Source: Vicinamibacterales bacterium (GTDB lineage: Bacteria; Acidobacteriota; Vicinamibacteria; Vicinamibacterales; 2-12-FULL-66-21). From it: 64,000 bases of DNA. The stretch spans positions 2,779 through 66,778 of the forward strand of contig DATAEE010000027.1 of assembly GCA_036258175.1 (NCBI GenBank), in the 5' to 3' direction. The stretch's first letter is position 1. Every line of letters begins with the position of its first letter. The notes under the pieces are model-generated. The model was not told where the DNA came from, made no database searches, and saw only the letters and a program-made list of their open reading frames with translations. The position numbers and the translations under genes were made by a program. Shown here piece by piece: positions 1 through 8,400 of the stretch.

Positions 1-495
1 CTCCATGATCACGACAGTCTTACCGACGCCGGCGCCGCCGAACGCGCCGACCTTCCCGCCCTTCAAAAAGGGACAGATCAGATCGATGACCTTGATGCCT
101 GTGGAGAGCACTTCTGGCGACGTCGACTGATCGACGAGCGGTGGCGGCGGCCGATGGATCGGATAGTACTTGTCCGCTTTTACGGGCCCGCGGTCGTCCA
201 CCGGGTTGCCGGTCACGTCGAACACACGACCCATCACCCCTTCGCCGACCGGCATGGAGATCGGTCCGCCGCTGTCGGTGACCTCGACGCCACGTTTGAT
301 GCCTTCGGTGCCCGACATCGAGATCGTTCGTACCCAGCTGTCGCCGAGGTGCTGCTGCACTTCGAGCGTCAGCCTGGTCGGCTGATTGTCGACCGTGTAT
401 TCAACCGTCAGCGCGTTGTAGATGGCCGGCAGCGACGCCGGAAACTCGACGTCGACCACCGGCCCGACGACCTGAACGACTTTACCGGTATTCAT
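1..495 (-). CDS. atpD: F1 ATP synthase subunit beta, N-terminal part (gene runs off left edge)
   Basis: Own reverse-strand translation from ATG at 495: [18 protein letters not shown]...[21 protein letters not shown] (Walker A). Follows atpG in canonical order. Absent from ORF track because it is open at the window edge. Confidence 0.9.
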   Translation of the reverse strand, partial: MNTGKVVQVVGPVVDVEFPASLPAIYNALTVEYTVDNQPTRLTLEVQQHLGDSWVRTISMSGTEGIKRGVEVTDSGGPISMPVGEGVMGRVFDVTGNPVDDRGPVKADKYYPIHRPPPPLVDQSTSPEVLSTGIKVIDLICPFLKGGKVGAFGGAGVGKTVVIME

Positions 496-508
496 GAGCA
501 TTCTCACC

Positions 509-567
509 GCAGCCCTGAAGGGCTGCGCTACGCGTTCGTTCGTTGCAGCCCTAAAGGGCTGCGCTAC
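509..567. repeat. Two tandem REP-like hairpin units (GCAGCCCTGAAGGGCTGCGCTAC / GCAGCCCTAAAGGGCTGCGCTAC) in the atpG-atpD spacer
   Basis: Units at 509-531 and 545-567. Each has a 7-bp stem GCAGCCC/GGGCTGC with a 4-nt loop. A third GCGCTAC tail overlaps the atpG stop. Confidence 0.7.
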
Positions 568-576
568 AGGGCCGCG

Positions 577-1443
577 CTACGACGCCTGGCCGCCGGCGAT
601 TTCCAGCAGTTCCTTGGTGATGTTGCCCTGCCGGAGCTTGTTGTATTCGAGCGACAGCTCCTTGATCAGGTCGTCCGCGCTGTCGGTCGCGCTCTTCATC
701 GACACCATGCGGGCACTTTGCTCGCTCGCTTTCGCGTTCAAGAGCATGACGTACAGGTAGATGTTCAGGTAGTGCCCGAGCAGATACGCGAGCAAGGCTT
801 CGGGGCTTGGCTCGAACACGATCTCGCCCGTGTCGGCCATCAGCGCTTCCTCCGATTCCGCTCCAGGAACTGTGAGTCCTCTGATCTCGCCGACCGGCAG
901 ATACTCGACCGAGACCGGCTCCTGCGTGAGCGTGTTGACGAACCGGGTCGTCACGATCAGGACCTGGTCTACCTCTTTCTTCAGAAAGAGGTCGCGTGCG
1001 AAGCCGGCAATCGCTCTGGCTTCGGGAAACGTCGGCGAATCGCCGTACGCGAACTCGGCGGCGAGTTGCCGCTTCGTGCGTGCGACGAATTGTGCCGCCT
1101 TCCGCCCGGCGGTGATGAAGATCGTGGACTCGACTGGAAACTGCGACGCGACTCGGAAGACGTTCGTGTTGAGCGCGCCGCACAGCCCCTTGTCCGCTGC
1201 GATCAGAATAACTGCGCGACGGCGAACGGTGCGCACCTCCAGGAGCGGATGGGCGAAGAGGCGCGCGCGCGACGTCGCGCTCCGCTGGATGCGATACAGG
1301 AGCTGCGCAAACGGCTGCGATGCGGTCGCGGCCTGCTGTGCCTTGCGCATCTTCGACGCCGCGACCATCTGCATGGCCCGGGTGATCTGCGCGGTGCCCG
1401 AGATCGATTTGATGCGCCTGCGGAGTTCGCGTGGGCTCGCCAT
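577..1443 (-). CDS. atpG: F1 ATP synthase subunit gamma
   Basis: 288 aa, MASPRELRRRIKSISGTAQITRAMQMVAASKMRKAQ... and C-terminal LIKELSLEYNKLRQGNITKELLEI, typical gamma signatures. Sits between atpA and atpD. Confidence 0.93.
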   Translation of the reverse strand: MASPRELRRRIKSISGTAQITRAMQMVAASKMRKAQQAATASQPFAQLLYRIQRSATSRARLFAHPLLEVRTVRRRAVILIAADKGLCGALNTNVFRVASQFPVESTIFITAGRKAAQFVARTKRQLAAEFAYGDSPTFPEARAIAGFARDLFLKKEVDQVLIVTTRFVNTLTQEPVSVEYLPVGEIRGLTVPGAESEEALMADTGEIVFEPSPEALLAYLLGHYLNIYLYVMLLNAKASEQSARMVSMKSATDSADDLIKELSLEYNKLRQGNITKELLEIAGGQAS

Positions 1444-1445
1444 TC

Positions 1446-2978
1446 CTATTTCCAGGTTTGCTTGAACTGGTCGGCAGCCGCTTTCAGCGCCCCGGTCAGT
1501 TCCGGGCTCAAGCTCTTTTCCGCACCGATCTTCTTGAGCAGCTCACCCTTCCGCGTGGTCAGGAAGTCGGTCCAGCCCGCCTGGAACTCCTTGATCCGCT
1601 CGACCGGCACGTCGTCCACGTACCCGTTCTGAACCGCCCAGATGACGGCGACCTGCACTTCGACCGGGATCGGACTGTACTGAGGCTGCTTGAAGAGCTC
1701 GACAATCCGCTTCCCGCGATCGATCTTGGCTTGCGTCGCCGTATCCAGTTCCGATCCGAACTGCGCGAATGCCGCCAGCTCCCTGAACTGCGCGAGGTCG
1801 CCCTTCAGCTGCCCGGCGACCTGCTTCATCGCTTTGAGCTGCGCGGCGGAGCCCACGCGCGACACGGAGATGCCGACGGAAATCGCCGGCCGGATGCCCT
1901 GATAGAAAAGATCGGTTTCCAGGAAGATTTGACCGTCCGTGATCGAGATGACGTTGGTCGGAATGTACGCCGACACGTCTCCTGACTGGGTTTCGATGAT
2001 CGGCAGCGCCGTGAGCGACCCGTTGCCGTACTTTTCCCCGACCCGCGCGGCACGCTCGAGCAGGCGGCTGTGAAGATAGAACACGTCCCCCGGATACGCT
2101 TCCCGGCCGGACGGCCGTTTCAGCACGAGCGAGACCTGACGGTAGGCGACTGCGTGCTTCGAGAGGTCGTCGTAGACGATCAGCGCGTCCATGCCGTTGT
2201 CCATGAACCATTCCCCCATCGCGGCGCCGGCAAACGGCGCGAGGTACTGGCTCGTGGCCGAATCGGCGGCGGGCGAGGCGAGGATGATGCTGTACGGCAT
2301 CGCCCCCTCCTTCTCCAACGTCCCGATAATCCTGGCGATGGTGGACTGCTTCTGGCCGATCGCCACGTAGATGCTGTAGAGAGGCCGGTAGCTGGTGTCG
2401 CCAGCCGCCTCGGCCGCCTTGTTCAAGCGCGCCTGGCTGATCATCGTATCGATGCAGATCGTCGTCTTGCCGGTTGACCGGTCGCCGATGATCAACTCGC
2501 GCTGGCCGCGGCCGATCGGGATCATCGCGTCGATTGGCATGATCCCGGTCTGGACTGGCTGACCGATGGAGCGGCGCTTGATGATCCCGGGTGCCACCTT
2601 CTCTACCGGATACGCGGCTGTCCTGGGGATCGGACCCTTGCCGTCGAGCGGCTCACCGAGCGTGTTGACGACGCGGCCGAGGAGCCCCTTGCCGACCGGA
2701 ACCTGGAGCAGCTTGCCGGTCGCGCGGACCTCGGCCCCCTCTTCGAGCCGCGTGTAGTCGCCGAGAATGATGACGCCGACTTCGGTCTCGTCGAGATTGA
2801 GCGCGAGGCCGGTGATCCCCTGGCCGAAGTCGAGCATCTCGTTCAGCATCACGTCGCCGAGGCCCTCGACCTTCGCGACGCCGTCGCCGATCTCGCGGAT
2901 GATGCCGATCGTCTGCTTGGCGGTTGCCGCCTTGGCGCCGGCGATGTGCGCTTCTATTTCCTGAACGAGGTCAGCCAT
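1446..2978 (-). CDS. atpA: F1 ATP synthase subunit alpha
   Basis: 510 aa with GDRSTGKTT Walker A and conserved alpha-subunit sequence throughout. Confidence 0.95.
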   Translation of the reverse strand: MADLVQEIEAHIAGAKAATAKQTIGIIREIGDGVAKVEGLGDVMLNEMLDFGQGITGLALNLDETEVGVIILGDYTRLEEGAEVRATGKLLQVPVGKGLLGRVVNTLGEPLDGKGPIPRTAAYPVEKVAPGIIKRRSIGQPVQTGIMPIDAMIPIGRGQRELIIGDRSTGKTTICIDTMISQARLNKAAEAAGDTSYRPLYSIYVAIGQKQSTIARIIGTLEKEGAMPYSIILASPAADSATSQYLAPFAGAAMGEWFMDNGMDALIVYDDLSKHAVAYRQVSLVLKRPSGREAYPGDVFYLHSRLLERAARVGEKYGNGSLTALPIIETQSGDVSAYIPTNVISITDGQIFLETDLFYQGIRPAISVGISVSRVGSAAQLKAMKQVAGQLKGDLAQFRELAAFAQFGSELDTATQAKIDRGKRIVELFKQPQYSPIPVEVQVAVIWAVQNGYVDDVPVERIKEFQAGWTDFLTTRKGELLKKIGAEKSLSPELTGALKAAADQFKQTWK

Positions 2979-2987
2979 GTTGGTCCT

Positions 2988-3380
2988 TTACAAGCTGGAT
3001 TCGAGCGCCGCCAGCCTGGCCCGCACGCTTCCGTCGTAGACGTCGCTGGCGATCTTGATTCGCATCCCGCCGATCAGTTCCGGCTTTTCGCTGAAGGCCG
3101 TGGCCAGCGCGCCTCCGTAACGGCGCGTCAAGCTCTCCTGGACGTCCCGGCGCACATCGTCGGTCAGCGGCGTCGCGCTCTCGACGATCGCCGTGTGCCG
3201 ATCGCGCTCCAGTCTCACCAGGCGCTGAAAGTCCGAAAGCACAGCGAGCGTCCCGCGGCGCTTCGACTCGGCGATCCGGCGCGCGATCTGCCGGACGCGC
3301 GCGTCATCGAGACGTCCGTCGGCCATGGAGAGACGAAACAGTTGCCGGGCGGCCCGTTTCGACTTTCTCGTCGTCTTCAT
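2988..3380 (-). CDS. atpH: F1 ATP synthase subunit delta (OSCP), unusually short at 130 aa
   Basis: C-terminus IGGMRIKIASDVYDGSVRARLAALESSL matches the delta/OSCP end. Operon position between atpF and atpA. Confidence 0.75.
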   Translation of the reverse strand: MKTTRKSKRAARQLFRLSMADGRLDDARVRQIARRIAESKRRGTLAVLSDFQRLVRLERDRHTAIVESATPLTDDVRRDVQESLTRRYGGALATAFSEKPELIGGMRIKIASDVYDGSVRARLAALESSL

Positions 3381-3387
3381 ATTCTCG

Positions 3388-3472
3388 TGGGGCTCCGCCC
3401 CACCCCCCGGCTCGGTCGCTTGCGGGGGCCCCTAAGCCCCGCGCCGCTCCCTCGCAGGCGCGCCGTGCGCGC
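3388..3472. repeat. Dispersed structured ~85-bp repeat, copy A; fills almost all of the 92-bp atpF-atpH spacer
   Basis: Its reverse complement matches 48302-48386 with 8 mismatches in 85 by my manual alignment. Contains short dyads GGCGCGC-acg-GCGCGCC and TGGGGC-nnn-GCCCCA. Confidence 0.8.
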
Positions 3473-4015
3473 CTATTGCAGTTGCCGTACGGTTTCCTCT
3501 GTGAGACGCCGGTGATCCTCCGCCGTCAGGATCTTGCCCGTGACCGTGGCCGCGGTTTGAACGACGAGCCGGCCAACCTCGCGCTTCACTTCCGCCAGCA
3601 CGCGGGCTCGGTCCCGCTCGGCGGCCTCGCGCGCCCGAGCGAGGATGTCTTCGGCGGCAGCGATCGCTTTCTGCGTCTCTTCCACCTGGACGCGAGCGGC
3701 CGCCGCGCGGGCCTCCTCGATCAACTGCTTTCCTTCGGCGCCCGCCTTCGTCAGCACTTCATGGCGCTCGAACTCAATCCGCGCCAGCTCCGCCTTGATC
3801 TTTTCCGCATTGGCCAGACCGCTGGCGATCTGCTCCCGCCGCGCGTCGAGCATGCGGAGAATCGGTTTGTAGGCGAACAGATACAGCACGACACAGACGA
3901 TGCCGAAGCTGATCATCTGGGCGCCCAGGTGAGGCCAGTCGACGCCGAAGGTGCGCGCGACCTGCTCGATCTGTCCGCCGCTCTCCGCCGCGGCCTGCAC
4001 CGCCAGGAAATGCAT
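3473..4015 (-). CDS. atpF: Fo ATP synthase subunit b
   Basis: 180 aa: N-terminal TM (ISFGIVCVVLYLFAYKPI) followed by a long charged helix. Operon position. Confidence 0.85.
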   Translation of the reverse strand: MHFLAVQAAAESGGQIEQVARTFGVDWPHLGAQMISFGIVCVVLYLFAYKPILRMLDARREQIASGLANAEKIKAELARIEFERHEVLTKAGAEGKQLIEEARAAAARVQVEETQKAIAAAEDILARAREAAERDRARVLAEVKREVGRLVVQTAATVTGKILTAEDHRRLTEETVRQLQ

Positions 4016-4019
4016 GGCG

Positions 4020-4208
4020 CTACTGAACGAGGAACAGGGCGTAGAACACGATCGCTTCCGCGAAGGCGATGGCCAGAATCGACTGGACCATGATCTTCGT
4101 GGACGCTCCGGGGTTTCGCCCGACCGCCGCCGACGCTCCCATGCCGATCAGCCCGACGCCAATCGCGGCGCCCAACGCTGCCAGCCCTACGTGCAAACTG
4201 CCAATCAT
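4020..4208 (-). CDS. atpE: Fo ATP synthase subunit c
   Basis: 62 aa hairpin proteolipid with GRNPG loop and carboxylate in AFAEAIVFYAL. Confidence 0.9.
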   Translation of the reverse strand: MIGSLHVGLAALGAAIGVGLIGMGASAAVGRNPGASTKIMVQSILAIAFAEAIVFYALFLVQ

Positions 4209-4232
4209 GTGTAGTGTCCTTTCTGCGTTCTT

Positions 4233-5084
4233 TCAGCCGTGCGCAGGCGCGTGACCGGTTTCTTCGTGATGACAAATCAGGAGCGTGAAGACGGCAGTCA
4301 ACAGCATGAACACCATCGCCTGGACCAGACCCACCAGGAGCTCCATGAAATAGAACGGAATCGGCAGCAGCCAGCCCAGGCCCGGCACGATCGTGGCCAT
4401 GGCCTCGAGCATGTTCTCACCGGCGAAGATGTTGCCGTACAGACGAAAGCTCAACGAGACCGGCCGAAACAGAATGGAAACAATCTCCAGCAAGCCGGCC
4501 GCAAAGAACACGACGATCATCAGAATCTTCAGGACGCCCTCGGTTTCCCCCTTCGGAGCGAAGAGCTCCTTGGCAACGCCGCGTGCCCCGACTTCCTGGA
4601 ACGCCCAGACGATCCAGCACGCGAAGAAAATCAGCGCCATCGCCAGCGTGAGATTGAGATCGGCATTGGCGCCGCGAAACAGCGGCTGATCGATCCTGAA
4701 ACCGTGCTCTGTCTGATGCCCCCACCCGATCGTCCCGACGCCGGGCACGAGGCCGATCCAGTTGCAGGCAAGGATGAAGATGAAGATGGTCGCGAAAAAC
4801 CAGAACGTCCGGTCGACGAGGTGGCGGCCGATGATGCTCTCCAGAAGGCCGTAGAGGCTTTCCACGAGCCACTCGAAAAAGTTCTGCACCCCGCTCGGCA
4901 CCTGGGTCATCTTCCGCGTCGCCATTTGCGCGAAGACGATGAGGCCGACCGCCACGATCCATGTGACGACCATCGAGTTCGTGATGGGAAACCCGAAGAC
5001 GCGCCCGATCTCGACCGCCTTCTGCGGCAGGCCGTGCTCCACGGGTTCGGCGAGAGCAAAGCAGACGACGGCGGGGATGGTCAT
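4233..5084 (-). CDS. atpB: Fo ATP synthase subunit a
   Basis: 283 aa polytopic protein with LSFRLYGNIFAGE (essential Arg motif). First gene of the operon; no atpI seen. Confidence 0.9.
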   Translation of the reverse strand: MTIPAVVCFALAEPVEHGLPQKAVEIGRVFGFPITNSMVVTWIVAVGLIVFAQMATRKMTQVPSGVQNFFEWLVESLYGLLESIIGRHLVDRTFWFFATIFIFILACNWIGLVPGVGTIGWGHQTEHGFRIDQPLFRGANADLNLTLAMALIFFACWIVWAFQEVGARGVAKELFAPKGETEGVLKILMIVVFFAAGLLEIVSILFRPVSLSFRLYGNIFAGENMLEAMATIVPGLGWLLPIPFYFMELLVGLVQAMVFMLLTAVFTLLICHHEETGHAPAHG

Positions 5085-5108
5085 TTGCGGTGTGTGTGTC
5101 CCCGGGAC

Positions 5109-5124
5109 AGCACGGGGCGTGCCA
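5109..5124 (-). promoter_or_regulatory. Candidate sigma-54 (-24/-12) promoter in front of atpB
   Basis: Minus strand reads TGGCACGCCCCGTGCT. GG and GC are 12 nt apart as in TGGCACG-N4-TTGCW. The GC lies 26 nt upstream of the atpB ATG (5084). Confidence 0.4.
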
Positions 5125-5218
5125 CAAGTCGATCGGGCTCTGCGGTTCGCGAAAGTCTGATTTCAAAAGCGCTTGACCCGCGAGCGGCGGCGCGCGACGC
5201 TACTAGCCCTCGGGAGCC

Positions 5219-5253
5219 CTCCGGTATGCCGGACGTTCTCCGCGATGCCGGAG
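5219..5253. promoter_or_regulatory. Tandem dyad sites (putative EBP upstream activating sequence, cluster S1)
   Basis: CTCCGGTATGCCGGAC (5219-5234) and CTCCGCGATGCCGGAG (5238-5253), 19 bp centre to centre. The same motif recurs at 7902, 19090, 24491 and 28628. Confidence 0.55.
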
Positions 5254-5293
5254 CCGACGGGACACTCTGGACGCAGATGCCGTGTAACACCGG

Positions 5294-5309
5294 TGGTACG
5301 CCTGCTGCA
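5294..5309 (+). promoter_or_regulatory. Candidate sigma-54 promoter for the 5354-7872 operon
   Basis: TGGTACGCCTGCTGCA with correct GG/GC spacing. 45 nt upstream of ATG 5354 and 69 bp from the centre of dyad 5219-5234. Confidence 0.5.
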
Positions 5310-5353
5310 AGATGCCGTGTCCACGTGAGCCATCCCGCGAGAGAGAGGATGCG

Positions 5354-5926
5354 ATGATGCTCGGAGAAAGAGCGACGACCGGTTTGATTTCGTTGGCGAT
5401 GCTGTCGGTGGTGGTGTCTTCCGCCTACGCCCAGACGGGTTCCGAGACGTTCACCGCCACGGCGGCGGTCAAGACGGCCGGTTCGGCTGCGGCAAGCGCA
5501 CCGGTGACGATTACGGTTACTCGCAAGATGCCACAGAGCGAAGCCGACAAGCTGCTCGCCGCCTTCAAGTCCGGCGGCGCCGCAGAGTTGCGGAAGGCGC
5601 TCGTTGGCGTTCCGCCCACGGGTTCCGTCCAACTCGGTGCCGGAAAACCGACGCAAACCCGGATGACGATCGAGCGAACCACCGACAAGGGCCGGCTCCT
5701 GACGATCGTGACCGACACCCCCATCCTCTTTCTGGGCGCCGGCGTCACGGGCGCCAAGCCCAAAGAGGGCTACGACTTCGCCATCATCGACCTCGAAGTG
5801 GACGCCAAGGGGGCCGGTTCGGGAACACTCGCGCCCGCAGCCAAGGTCACGGTGAAAGAGGGCGTGTTCGTGGTGGAGGACTATGCGTCCGAGCTCGTCA
5901 AGCTGACCGGCGTCGCGAGGAAGTGA
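5354..5926 (+). CDS. Secreted hypothetical protein (~190 aa)
   Basis: Start chosen at MMLGERATTGLISLAMLSVVVSSAYAQ (signal peptide) after the GAGAGAGGA RBS. No family recognised. Confidence 0.65.
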   Translation: MMLGERATTGLISLAMLSVVVSSAYAQTGSETFTATAAVKTAGSAAASAPVTITVTRKMPQSEADKLLAAFKSGGAAELRKALVGVPPTGSVQLGAGKPTQTRMTIERTTDKGRLLTIVTDTPILFLGAGVTGAKPKEGYDFAIIDLEVDAKGAGSGTLAPAAKVTVKEGVFVVEDYASELVKLTGVARK

Positions 5927-7872
5927 GTTCCGGGGAAGTGAGCCCATTGGCGCGTGAGACCATCGACACGACGCGAACGTCTCAGCTGGCCGTCGAGGCC
6001 TCGCCGAGCGGCGTCCTGCTCGTGACTTCGGACGGAACGATCGTCCTGGTCAATCGCGAGCTGGAGCGACAGTTCGGCTACGTGCGGGACGAACTGGTCG
6101 GCCAGTCCGTCAACCTGCTGTTGCCGGAGGATGACGCTCTCGCGCGTGTCATTGAAACCGAGTCCGTCGTCGAGGGGCGTGAGATTCACGGACGCCGCAA
6201 AGACGGCTCCCTCATCCCGGTCGAAATCGAGCTCACGCCGCTGCATGAGGCAGGCCGTGTGCTCGTGCTGGCGTCGGTCGTCGACATCACCGAGCGACAG
6301 CAGGTCGAAGACATCCATCGGAAGGCGCTCGAGAATCAGCTCGCGTTCGAGCGGCTCGTTGCGGAGCTCTCCGCACGATTCATCGACATTCACCCGGAGC
6401 AGATCGAATCGTCGATTCAGGATGGCCTGCGCCGGATCGTCGAATCGTTTGACCTCGACCGGGGCCTCTTTTACGCAATCGAACCGGACGGCGTGTTTTC
6501 TGACATCACGAGTTGGACGGGCCCGGATATCCCGAGCATCCCGCGGCGGGTGTCCGCGAAGGAACGCTTTCCGTTTACCCTCGAGCGGATCCTGTCGGGG
6601 GACGTCGTGTCGTTCTCGACGCTTGGCGAAATTCCAGACGAGCGAGACCGGGAATCGTTCCGAGCGCTCGGAACGAAATCGGCCGTCATCGTATCCATGT
6701 CAGTGGCAGGACGAGTGGCCGGGGCCGTCGGTTTCAGCACGGTGCGCGCCGAGCGGACGTGGGCGCCGCCGGTCGTGCACCGGTTCAAAGTCATCGCAAG
6801 CGTCTTCGCCCAGGTCATGTCGCGGCGCCAGAGTGAAGCCACCCTCCGAAACGCCCTGGCCGAAGTGGAGCGTCTGAAGGAAGACCTCCAGGTCGAGAAC
6901 GTGCACCTGCGGCGCGAAGTGCGCGAATGGTCAGGACCTGCGCCGATCGTCGGGCAGAGTGCGGCGATCCGGCAGGTGCTGGAGCAAATCGAGCAGGTGG
7001 CCGCGACAGATTCGACGGTCCTGCTGCTCGGCGAAACGGGAACCGGCAAAGAGCTGTTCGCGACGCAGATCCACGAACTCGGTCCGCGCCGCGACCGACC
7101 GATGGTGCGTACGAATTGCGCGGCGATTCCATCGACGCTCATCGAGAGCGAGTTGTTCGGCCGGGAAAAGGGAGCGTTTACCGGGGCGCTGGCCCGGCAG
7201 GTCGGCCGGTTCGAGCTCGCAAGCGGGTCGACGATTTTTCTTGACGAGATTGGAGACCTGCCGTCCGACGTGCAGGTGAAGCTGCTGCGTGTTCTGGAGG
7301 AGGGAACCATCGAGCGGCTCGGAAGCCCGCATCCGATCAAGGTCAACACTCGAATCATCGCGGCGACGCACCGGAACCTGGAGCGGCGCGTAGCTGAAGG
7401 GGCGTTCCGAAGCGACCTCTACTACCGGCTCAACGTCTTCCCCATTCGCGTGCCGCCGCTGCGGGAACGCGTGGACGATATTCAGATGCTGGCCTGGCGC
7501 TTCGTCGAGGAATTCTCGCGGACCTTTGGCAGACACGTGGAGGAGATCACGCCCGAAAGTCTGAGCGCGCTCAGGCACTATCCGTGGCCGGGCAACATCC
7601 GGGAACTGCGCAACGTCGTCGAGCGCGCGATGATCACGGCTTCGGGTCCTCGCCTGACCATCGCCCCGCCGCTCCTGTCGCCGGCCGCCGCGCGGCGAAG
7701 TCCCAAACTCGTGGACGTGGAGACCGAGCACATCCGCGGAGTACTGGAGAGTACCGGCTGGCGAATCCGCGGCCCCGGCGGCGCCGCGGACCGGCTCGGG
7801 CTCAAGCCCACGACGCTCGAAACGCGGATGGCAAAGCTCGGGCTCAAACGTCCGGGAACACAGCCCCACTAA
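5923..7872 (+). CDS. Sigma-54-dependent transcriptional activator, PAS-GAF-AAA+-HTH (EBP1)
   Basis: GETGTGKE Walker [25 protein letters not shown]-terminal [30 protein letters not shown]. The GTG start overlaps the upstream stop (GTGA). Confidence 0.9.
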   Translation: MSSGEVSPLARETIDTTRTSQLAVEASPSGVLLVTSDGTIVLVNRELERQFGYVRDELVGQSVNLLLPEDDALARVIETESVVEGREIHGRRKDGSLIPVEIELTPLHEAGRVLVLASVVDITERQQVEDIHRKALENQLAFERLVAELSARFIDIHPEQIESSIQDGLRRIVESFDLDRGLFYAIEPDGVFSDITSWTGPDIPSIPRRVSAKERFPFTLERILSGDVVSFSTLGEIPDERDRESFRALGTKSAVIVSMSVAGRVAGAVGFSTVRAERTWAPPVVHRFKVIASVFAQVMSRRQSEATLRNALAEVERLKEDLQVENVHLRREVREWSGPAPIVGQSAAIRQVLEQIEQVAATDSTVLLLGETGTGKELFATQIHELGPRRDRPMVRTNCAAIPSTLIESELFGREKGAFTGALARQVGRFELASGSTIFLDEIGDLPSDVQVKLLRVLEEGTIERLGSPHPIKVNTRIIAATHRNLERRVAEGAFRSDLYYRLNVFPIRVPPLRERVDDIQMLAWRFVEEFSRTFGRHVEEITPESLSALRHYPWPGNIRELRNVVERAMITASGPRLTIAPPLLSPAAARRSPKLVDVETEHIRGVLESTGWRIRGPGGAADRLGLKPTTLETRMAKLGLKRPGTQPH

Positions 7873-7901
7873 GCCCCATAGCGCAGTCGCGTTCTGCCAG
7901 C

Positions 7902-7936
7902 CTCCGGCATGCCGGGGAGCCTCTGCGATTCCGGGG
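7902..7936. promoter_or_regulatory. Tandem dyad sites (cluster S5) just after the EBP1 stop
   Basis: CTCCGGCATGCCGGGG (7902-7917) and CTCTGCGATTCCGGGG (7921-7936), 19-bp phasing. 26/35 identical to the 5219-5253 module. Confidence 0.5.
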
Positions 7937-8035
7937 GGGATGGTCGCATCGGCCCGCTCCGGTCGAGCCACGGAGAAGCAGCCAAGGTATTCATCCGGCT
8001 GCAGTAACGGGTCGCGGCGCTGATAGCTGACGGCG

Positions 8036-8051
8036 TGGAACGACTGCTGCT
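8036..8051 (+). promoter_or_regulatory. Candidate sigma-54 promoter for the 8052-15685 operon
   Basis: TGGAACGACTGCTGCT with correct GG/GC spacing; -12 region CTGCT as at 5294 and 28703. It abuts ATG 8052, so using it would imply the ATG 8064 start and an almost leaderless mRNA. Confidence 0.35.
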
Positions 8052-8390
8052 ATGCGGGATGGCATGGTGAGGCTGGCCGTGGCGCTGAGAGGGTCGGCGC
8101 GCCACGCTCAGGAGCTCGTCGAAACCTTCCGCTTCCTGATCGTGAGCACCCGGCTCGAACCAGGCTGTCTGGGTTGCTCCGCGTGGGCGGACCCGGACTC
8201 GACCGTTCACTACGTCGAGGAATGGACGACCGAACCCGAGATGCGGCGCCGCGTGCAGTCCGCGAACTTCACATCACTTCTGGCGGTGCTCGAAGCCGCA
8301 CGCGAGCCGCCGCGCATCCAGTTTCAGTTCGTTTCGACCACGCGCGGGCTCGACTACGTGGAGGAAGTCAGGCGCGACTCCGTGAGCTGA
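8052..8390 (+). CDS. ABM (antibiotic biosynthesis monooxygenase-like) domain protein
   Basis: Pattern ...LEPGCLGCSAWADPD..VHYVEEWTTEPEMRRRVQS..F fits the ABM fold. Alternative start ATG 8064 (MVRLAV). Confidence 0.55.
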   Translation: MRDGMVRLAVALRGSARHAQELVETFRFLIVSTRLEPGCLGCSAWADPDSTVHYVEEWTTEPEMRRRVQSANFTSLLAVLEAAREPPRIQFQFVSTTRGLDYVEEVRRDSVS

Positions 8391-8400
8391 CGGCGACCCG

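Noticed and set aside
154-1632. Long ORFs antisense to or out of frame with recognised genes. Examples: 154-1632, 5081-5947, 6931-7971, 8979-10022, 9787-10776, 13023-13994, 25344-26402, 45082-46110, 59627-61306, 62815-63897.
   Set aside because: Their translations are Arg/Ala/Gly/Pro-rich low-complexity strings typical of shadow ORFs in high-GC DNA. Each overlaps a gene with clear family motifs on the other strand or frame.
8060-8075. TGGCATGGTGAGGCTG inside the start of ORF 8052, similar to the 18996 element.
   Set aside because: The GG-to-GC offset is 11 rather than 12 nt, and the sequence lies inside the coding region.
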